Below, piece after piece: positions 58,240 through 64,000 of a DNA stretch of 64,000 nt (the first letter of the stretch is position 1; every line of letters begins with the position of its first letter). The notes under the pieces are model-generated. The model was given only the letters and a program-made list of their open reading frames with translations. It made no database searches and was not told the origin of the DNA. This stretch comes from a virus. A program made the translations under genes and the position numbers. The DNA is taken from positions 1-64,000 of IMG/VR virus record IMGVR_UViG_3300037486_000582; one strand, given 5' to 3'.

Positions 58240-59511
58240 CTACGCCCGCTCGGCGTTCCAGTAGTAGATCAAGTCGCCGTTCTCGTCCTTGCCCTCCGGC
58301 CGGATGACGCCTTCGAAGTAGCGGTATGGGGAGCGCCCGCGGTTCGGATTGTTCCAGAGCCAGTGCAGGAGGTCGTACATGGACTGGTGCCAGATCTTCG
58401 ACGCGCCTTCCACCGTGCCCCAGTTGAGGACGCGGGCGCGGATGTTCTTGAGCAGCCTCAAGTCCTTCTCGAAGTCGCTCCAACGGACTGAGCCGTTTCT
58501 GCGAGCCAGGACGAGCGCCTCGGTGAACTGGCCTCGGCTGTAGTTCCAGGTCGGGGGCAACCCGCAGCAGGAGCCGTTCGCGCAGCGCTCCTTGAAGTGG
58601 GCGTCCGAGACGTAGAAGCGCAAGCCGACCTCCTTGCACAGCTCCTCCATCCGGTCGATGACGGGCCGCTTCACGTTCCGGTTGAGCCGCATGTAACCGC
58701 GCATCGCCGAGTACCGCTTGTAGAAGGCGTACAGGTCGAAGCCGGCGAGCTTCGACATCTCGTGGAAGTGGAGCCGCCCGCCCGGGCTGCGCTCCTCCAT
58801 GCAGAAGTACTCGGTGCTGAGCGCCGTCGCCCCGGCACTGGCCGCGTCACGGATGAGTTGCTCGTAGGTCGCGTCGCTGATCCCAGGGATGAAGGGGCGT
58901 AGCCGAAGGGTCACGCCACCCTTGTTCAGCTTGGCGTACTTCTCCATCGCCCGGAGGCGCTCCATTGGGCTCGGCACACCCTTCTCGACCTTCCGGGCGA
59001 GTTCCTGGTCGCCCGTGACGATCGAGATCTTCATGTTCCAGTTGTCCTGACCTCGGAAGATGTCCGTGTACCGCTCGTCGTCGAGCCACCAGGTCCCCTT
59101 CGTGCTGAAGCAGATGGGGTAGTCGAGGTCGCGCCAGAACCGGAGCAGCTCCAACCCAACGCCGTACCGCTTCTCGAACGGGCAGAACGGGTCGGACAAC
59201 CCGCCCCACTGAAGGACCTTCCGCGCCCGGATGAAGTCGGTGAAGCGATGGTCCGTGGTCGGGTCGAGCCACAGCCGCATGACCCGGTCGACGTTGACGG
59301 GGACGGCCTCGTGGCTCCAATACTTGTCCTTGCACTTCCCGACCCCGCGGGAGAACTGCGAGAAGCAGTACAGGCAGAAGTACCCGCACACGCTGTACTG
59401 GTCGAAGGTGACCGGCATCGAGCAGTCGGCGACCTCCGCGGAGCAGCGCGGCGAATCGTAGAACCGCTGAAGCCGTGCCTTCGGCCGGCCGTCACTCGTT
59501 TCCGCTGCCAT
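58240..59511 (-). CDS. Radical SAM protein (spore photoproduct lyase-like)
   Basis: Start moved to ATG 59511; CGYFCLYC (CxxxCxxC), GGLSDPF, STKG, LRLRPFIPG and SCCG motifs. Confidence 0.85.
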   Translation of the reverse strand: MAAETSDGRPKARLQRFYDSPRCSAEVADCSMPVTFDQYSVCGYFCLYCFSQFSRGVGKCKDKYWSHEAVPVNVDRVMRLWLDPTTDHRFTDFIRARKVLQWGGLSDPFCPFEKRYGVGLELLRFWRDLDYPICFSTKGTWWLDDERYTDIFRGQDNWNMKISIVTGDQELARKVEKGVPSPMERLRAMEKYAKLNKGGVTLRLRPFIPGISDATYEQLIRDAASAGATALSTEYFCMEERSPGGRLHFHEMSKLAGFDLYAFYKRYSAMRGYMRLNRNVKRPVIDRMEELCKEVGLRFYVSDAHFKERCANGSCCGLPPTWNYSRGQFTEALVLARRNGSVRWSDFEKDLRLLKNIRARVLNWGTVEGASKIWHQSMYDLLHWLWNNPNRGRSPYRYFEGVIRPEGKDENGDLIYYWNAERA

Positions 59512-60253
59512 GCTGCGTCCCAGCGCCACGCCCGGCGACCTCGTCGGCCATCCGCTGAAGCTCCTGCACAGGGTAGATGATGCGGTTCGTGCGGAAGGGC
59601 ACGCCGAAGCACCTCTCCAGCCACGTCCGCTCCGCCTCGCCCTTGAAGACGATGATGAGCCGTTCGCTCTGGAGTGAGTCGTCCTCGGCATCGAGCGGCG
59701 GAAGCGGGTCCGGGCGGAGCCCGGAGTCCTGCGTCCGAGACAGCCGACCATAGTCGATGCCTCCGGGCGCGTTGGGCTGGTCGGGCACCTGGAAGGTGAC
59801 CGGGGCGAGCAACTCGTCGATGTTCAGGTCCGGGATGCGGGTGCTCTCGATGATCGCCTGGACCTCGTCCTCGCTCATCCCCATCCCGCTGAAGAACGTG
59901 GTCTCGGGGTTCCAGTCGGCATAGCGGCTGTTGAGCTGGAGCAGCTTCGCGGCTGCGTCTTGACGGTCCTTCGCCCGGACCTCGACGTAGACGATGGGCG
60001 GGATGGTCCAGCCTTCCTGCTCCAGCGACCGCAGCGCGGCACACGTCTGGTGTCCGTCGAGGATCAGCGGCGAGCCCTCCTCGTCGCGCCACACGAACTT
60101 CGGCACGAACTGGCCGTAGCTCGTGAGACTGGACTTCAGCTTGGCGAGCGCCTCCTCGTCCAGCGGCTTCTTCAGGTCGCCCTGGAAGTCGCGGAGTTCC
60201 GTGTACGGAATGGTCGGTAGGCTGTGTGGGTTGTCGATCTGCAGCGTAGGCAT
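59492..60253 (-). CDS. ParB/Srx-like N-terminal domain protein
   Basis: KLKSSLTSYGQFVP and ILDGHQT motifs; acidic linker. Confidence 0.8.
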   Translation of the reverse strand: MPTLQIDNPHSLPTIPYTELRDFQGDLKKPLDEEALAKLKSSLTSYGQFVPKFVWRDEEGSPLILDGHQTCAALRSLEQEGWTIPPIVYVEVRAKDRQDAAAKLLQLNSRYADWNPETTFFSGMGMSEDEVQAIIESTRIPDLNIDELLAPVTFQVPDQPNAPGGIDYGRLSRTQDSGLRPDPLPPLDAEDDSLQSERLIIVFKGEAERTWLERCFGVPFRTNRIIYPVQELQRMADEVAGRGAGTQHGSGNE

Positions 60254-60332
60254 GGGCTCTGTTCCTTCCCCTTATCCGCCCTCGCGGGCGGGAACGGGGT
60301 TCATCATAGAACAGGAAGCGCGGGCGGGGAAG

Positions 60333-60596
60333 CTAGGCGGTGAAGGTCTGGAAGGAGCAGGCGGGGCGGCTGGAGTCGACGCGGAAGCCTTCCGCGCCGT
60401 ACTGCGCGCACTGCCACCACCCGGTCAGTGCCGAGTTGCGGCGAAGCGAAGCGCCGCACTGAGGGCAGCACCCAGTCGCCACGACCGTCTGAGCCTCGGC
60501 CTGGAGCCGGGCGATGTACGCGGCGTGGCACTTGTTGCAGCGAGTCGCGTACCGGCTCATCACACGTCCACAGGCACAACGATTCCTGGTTGCCAT
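60333..60596 (-). CDS. Small zinc-finger protein
   Basis: CAC, CNKC and CPQC motifs; SD GGAGG. Confidence 0.65.
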   Translation of the reverse strand: MATRNRCACGRVMSRYATRCNKCHAAYIARLQAEAQTVVATGCCPQCGASLRRNSALTGWWQCAQYGAEGFRVDSSRPACSFQTFTA

Positions 60597-60597
60597 C

Positions 60598-61008
60598 TCA
60601 GACCTCCTCGTCCATTCCCTGTTCGCGCTTCTGCTCGTCGGTCATCGCCGCCGCGCCGCAGGCGCAGCAGACCTCGCCGTCCCACCAGCGTTCGCAGTGC
60701 GTATCGCCCGGCCGGGCAGGGCACCGCTCCTCGGGCTCCCACGCGCTGTCCGGGTCGTCGTCCGCGGCCGCCGCCGCGTCAGCCTCGGCGGCGGTCTTCT
60801 GGGCGTGCGGCCCGTCGGCCTCGAGCGGCAGGCAGTCGGTGAAGAGGGCGAGCAGATCGCCGCTGACGACCAGGTGGCCGTCGGCGTCCACGCTCGCGTC
60901 GCGGTCCAACTCGGCAATGTCGGCGGGAGCGTCGGTGTCGCATCCGACGATCTCTGCCACGCATGCGATCTCCCTCGGGTCCGTCACGGTCAGCTCGTTT
61001 CGCGTCAT
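60598..61008 (-). CDS. Acidic hypothetical early protein
   Basis: Start moved to ATG 61008 after cassette copy 2. Confidence 0.7.
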   Translation of the reverse strand: MTRNELTVTDPREIACVAEIVGCDTDAPADIAELDRDASVDADGHLVVSGDLLALFTDCLPLEADGPHAQKTAAEADAAAAADDDPDSAWEPEERCPARPGDTHCERWWDGEVCCACGAAAMTDEQKREQGMDEEV

Positions 61009-61011
61009 CTT

Positions 61012-61139
61012 CAGCCTCCACCACCCTTTATAGGAAACCCGCGGGTTTCCCACAACACATCCCGGGACGATTATCTGGAGGCTTGCCAGTTCGCCCTGTG
61101 TTTCCGCAGGATTATTAGGAGTGATCCCCCGGACGATTT
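61012..61139 (-). promoter_or_regulatory. Early promoter cassette copy 2
   Basis: TTGTGG (61055)-17 bp-TATAAA (61032); perfect palindrome GGAAACCCGCGGGTTTCC at 61033..61050. Confidence 0.8.
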
Positions 61140-61175
61140 CTGGATGCGCACCGGAGCCGCGCGACGTGGAGGAAG

Positions 61176-62528
61176 TCAGACGGTGGGGAGCGGGGTCACG
61201 GCCACGTCCTCGACGATGACCGCCTGAAGCTCGCGGCGCGATCCCGCCGTGAAGCACCGCCCGTCAGACAGCGTGGCGGAGAAGGCGCCGTCGTTCAGCG
61301 CCCAGGAGCCGATGACCGCCTTCGTGGCGTCGTCGGTGACGTCTCCGTCGCGGGACAGGATGGCCCAGAACCCAGCCGGCTTCGACGACGTGCCGCGGGT
61401 CAGCTTCTCACCGTCCCGGACGTTGAGCCCGAGCAGCCGCGCCAGCGCAGCCAGCGCCGGACCGGTCACGTTCACGCTGACGACACCGGCCGTCGCGCCG
61501 GTGCCGAGCGCCCCGGCGACCGCGGCGAGCAACGCGGCGGTGTCGACCAGGCCACCCATCGGGTTCAGGATGACGACGGCGCCGTCGCGCGCCAGCTCGC
61601 CGGAGGCGTTCATGGCGGCGACGATCTGCTCGAACCCAGCCCGCTGGACCTTGGAAGCCACACCAACGAGCCGCGCGAGCTCCGAGCCCGGCCGGCCCCG
61701 GCCGTCCGCGAGAACGAGAGCCATCCTGTCGCAGACGCCTGCGCTGCGGAGGGCTGCCGCTGCAGCCGAGGCCTCGGCCGGAGCGACGCCGTTCGTCGCG
61801 GGCTCCGGCGCCTTCTTCGGCTTGGCCGCGGGCGCGGCGACGGGTTCGGCCTTCGGGGTCCGCGCCTTCCCGGTCCGGCGCTTCGCGACCGTGGCGCCCA
61901 GGGTGGCCTGGACGGCGGGCGGCTCGTCCGCCTCGAGCGCGATGGGCTGGCCGGCCTCCTCGCGCATGAACGAGAGCGCCTCGGGCGAAGGGGCGTCCGC
62001 CGCGGGCTTGCCGCACCGGATGCAGAAGCCGTCCGCGTCCCGGTTGTGGCTCTGGTCGTCGCAGAAGGCGCAGAGGTCGATGGCGGGCGGCTCGGTGGCG
62101 ACGGGCACCAGCACGCCGGCGTGCTCGGCCTTCTGTGCGGCGGTCGTGACCACGAGCGCCCAGCTCACGCGAGGGACGCGCGTCGCGCGGGCGACGAGCC
62201 CTTCGGCCTCCATCTGCTCGAGCGCGTAGCGGATGCGATGCCCGGGAACAGCTGCCATGAGCGACTCCCCGGCGGTGTGGGCCACGGTCGCGGTCGGCAT
62301 CGGGGCTTCGGCCCGGCTCAGCACGACGGCGATGGCGTTGCGGATCGCGGTGGTGTCGATCTTCTGGGTTCCCTGCGTCATGGTCCTAGCCTCCCTCTCG
62401 CAACCGCCCGTGGCGGCCAGCTCGGCGGCGGTCCCGTCGCCGCCAGTTGCCTCATTGAGCGAAGCCGCGACCATCGCAGCCTCGTTGCTCTCGAACTCGG
62501 TCCCTGTCCCGAAGCGGCTCACGGTCAC
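61176..62528 (-). CDS. Early protein with winged-helix-like segments and a zinc ribbon
   Basis: IRYALEQMEAEGLV and CAFC...CIRC motifs; start is GTG 62528 (overlap) or ATG 62381 (SD GGAGG). Confidence 0.6.
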   Translation of the reverse strand: MTVSRFGTGTEFESNEAAMVAASLNEATGGDGTAAELAATGGCEREARTMTQGTQKIDTTAIRNAIAVVLSRAEAPMPTATVAHTAGESLMAAVPGHRIRYALEQMEAEGLVARATRVPRVSWALVVTTAAQKAEHAGVLVPVATEPPAIDLCAFCDDQSHNRDADGFCIRCGKPAADAPSPEALSFMREEAGQPIALEADEPPAVQATLGATVAKRRTGKARTPKAEPVAAPAAKPKKAPEPATNGVAPAEASAAAAALRSAGVCDRMALVLADGRGRPGSELARLVGVASKVQRAGFEQIVAAMNASGELARDGAVVILNPMGGLVDTAALLAAVAGALGTGATAGVVSVNVTGPALAALARLLGLNVRDGEKLTRGTSSKPAGFWAILSRDGDVTDDATKAVIGSWALNDGAFSATLSDGRCFTAGSRRELQAVIVEDVAVTPLPTV

Positions 62529-63064
62529 TTCCCCGCCCCGACGATGGCGCGGATCGCCGCGAGAATCGCGGTCGCCTGCCACTCCTCCACGTCCATGTCG
62601 ACCAGGACGGCGAGCTGGCCGGTGCCCTTCCGCGCGACCGCCCGGGCTGTCGAGGTCGCGGACGCCGTCTCGTTGATCCGCGCCGCGACCTGGAGCCCCG
62701 CCGCCTCGCGGCCGTCGCGCTCGGCCCGCCTCCGCGCCGCGGCCAGCTCGGCCCGGGCGTAGGCGCCGATCGCTTCGACGATCTTCGCGACGTTGAGCCC
62801 GGTCTTGCCCTCGGGGAACTGCCGGACGTCCCCGTGAGCGCCCAGCTTCGCGCGGACCTTGCCGTTGGGGCTGGAGTAGAGCGCCCCGCCCGAGTACTCC
62901 AGGCCGACCTCGAACGGGACGCGCTGGCCGTTCACGACCAGGTACAGTCCCTTGTCCTCGACGCTCGCCTCCGCCGCCGTGAGCGCCGCGACGATCTCGG
63001 CCCGTGCCGCCGCCGCCTTCGCCAGCCCCGCCTCGGTCCTCTGCTGCCTCGTGATGGTGTTCAT
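62525..63064 (-). CDS. Hypothetical early protein
   Basis: Start moved to ATG 63064 (SD GGAGGA). Confidence 0.65.
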   Translation of the reverse strand: MNTITRQQRTEAGLAKAAAARAEIVAALTAAEASVEDKGLYLVVNGQRVPFEVGLEYSGGALYSSPNGKVRAKLGAHGDVRQFPEGKTGLNVAKIVEAIGAYARAELAAARRRAERDGREAAGLQVAARINETASATSTARAVARKGTGQLAVLVDMDVEEWQATAILAAIRAIVGAGK

Positions 63065-63093
63065 GGTGTCCTCCTGTTCCTCTCTTGCCTTGC

Positions 63094-63687
63094 CTACCAG
63101 CACTCCTCGGGGTCCAGCTCCGTCGTCGACTCGCCCGTGGAGCGCGGCCCGATGTAGTCGCCGTAGAAGTGATCGCCGTTGGCCGGCTTCACGGTGATGA
63201 CCGTCCGGCGGTTCCAGTACTCGCGGCGGTCCTCGATCGACACGATGATGCCGTCCTGCTCGATGTCGCTCTTGAACCCGACCAGGTCGCCGACGCCCAC
63301 GACGCGCGCCCCGCGGTCGATGATGACGGTCGGACCGGTCGAGGCGGCGGGCGTCGCCTTCGCGCCCGGGAACGCCTTCGCGGTCGTCTTCGGCGCCTTC
63401 GGAACGGAGAAGCCCGGGGCGGGCGTCTCGGAGCGGATCACGACCGGGGCGTCCTTCATGGCGAGCGCGGCGACGTAGGGGAACGAGGTCGGGTCGATGG
63501 TGACGCTGTTGGTGTTCACGCGCACGCCGACGTAGTCGGCATAGCCCGGGGCGAGCTCGGCCAGGCGCGCGAGCGCCGCGTTGCCGACCCGGAGGGTGCC
63601 GTTCGTGTTCACGGCTGTCCCGCTCGCTCCCAGGAGTTCAGCCAGAACCGCCGCCGCCTTCGCCGTCTTCTCGTTTCGCTTCGCCAT
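63094..63687 (-). CDS. Early protein with N-terminal AVNTNGTLRVG domain and SH3-like C-terminus
   Basis: First gene after cassette copy 3; VGVGDLVGFKSDIEQDGII motif. Confidence 0.7.
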   Translation of the reverse strand: MAKRNEKTAKAAAVLAELLGASGTAVNTNGTLRVGNAALARLAELAPGYADYVGVRVNTNSVTIDPTSFPYVAALAMKDAPVVIRSETPAPGFSVPKAPKTTAKAFPGAKATPAASTGPTVIIDRGARVVGVGDLVGFKSDIEQDGIIVSIEDRREYWNRRTVITVKPANGDHFYGDYIGPRSTGESTTELDPEECW

Positions 63688-63691
63688 TCTC

Positions 63692-63823
63692 AGCCTCCAC
63701 CACCATTTATAGGAAACCCGCCGGTTTCCCGCAAGACATCCGGGGCCGATTGTTGGAACCGCCCTGGTTTCGCAAATGCTTTCGGCAACTTGTGTGGGTG
63801 ATCCCCAGGACGATTTATCGGAG
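63692..63823 (-). promoter_or_regulatory. Early promoter cassette copy 3
   Basis: TTGCGG (63734)-17 bp-TATAAA (63711), then GGTGGTGGAGG; near-palindromic spacer. Confidence 0.8.
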
Positions 63824-64000
63824 TGGAATGACGGTCAGCGCGTCCGCTGGACACGGCGCGTGCCGCGGGCGGGTGCCGGTGCGACGGACCGCCGAGCGAT
63901 GTCCCCGGCCTCCGCGGACGCGGTACTGACGTCGGCGCCACGCCTCCGTGCCGCGGACAGTCCGGCCCGAACCGCAGCCAGAACGACCCGAGCAACACCA

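Larger units (their letters stand above)
1..64000. mobile_element. Segment of a tailed phage/prophage genome with a contractile tail
   Basis: Contiguous terminase-portal-MuF-protease-capsid-neck-sheath-tube-tape measure-baseplate-fibre-lysis gene order; no host housekeeping genes, att sites or integrase seen. Confidence 0.95.

Noticed and set aside
58240-59511. Bona fide spore photoproduct lyase (splB)
   Set aside because: Only family-level similarity; the ParB/glycosyltransferase context fits DNA modification better, so no symbol was given
55501-63823. Repeated cassettes as att sites or terminal repeats
   Set aside because: Copies are degenerate, each precedes a start codon with -35/-10/SD, and no recombinase is in the window
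1-64000. tRNA, rRNA, intron or intein
   Set aside because: No recognisable signatures by eye; intergenic gaps are short and TerL is of normal length. tRNAscan-SE and Infernal would be needed to exclude them

Overview
This window is a 64-kb, very GC-rich segment of a tailed dsDNA phage or prophage with a contractile (myovirus-type) tail. A Myxococcota-like host is suspected but not shown by the sequence. Almost all real genes are on the minus strand; the long plus-strand ORFs are antisense shadows. In transcription order (right to left) the window holds: (i) early/accessory genes behind three copies of a ~130-bp sigma70-type promoter/operator cassette; (ii) a ParB-like + radical SAM + GT-B glycosyltransferase cluster that looks like a DNA base-modification system; (iii) terminase, portal and MuF-like head protein; (iv) a ~1,890-aa polyprotein in which HxH repeats, three ASCH/PUA-like repeats, a Pol-beta-type nucleotidyltransferase, two LigD-type 3'-phosphoesterase-like domains and an ATP-dependent ligase are fused to the prohead protease, suggesting a capsid-loaded nucleic-acid repair kit; (v) scaffold, capsid, a poly-gamma-glutamate hydrolase-like gene, neck, sheath, tube, a chaperone with a probable -1 frameshift, tape measure, baseplate and fibres; (vi) a lysis cassette, a resolvase-like nuclease and a truncated HExxH metallopeptidase gene. 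I saw no integrase, replication genes, tRNA, rRNA or CRISPR array. All family calls come from motifs recognised by eye, not database searches.
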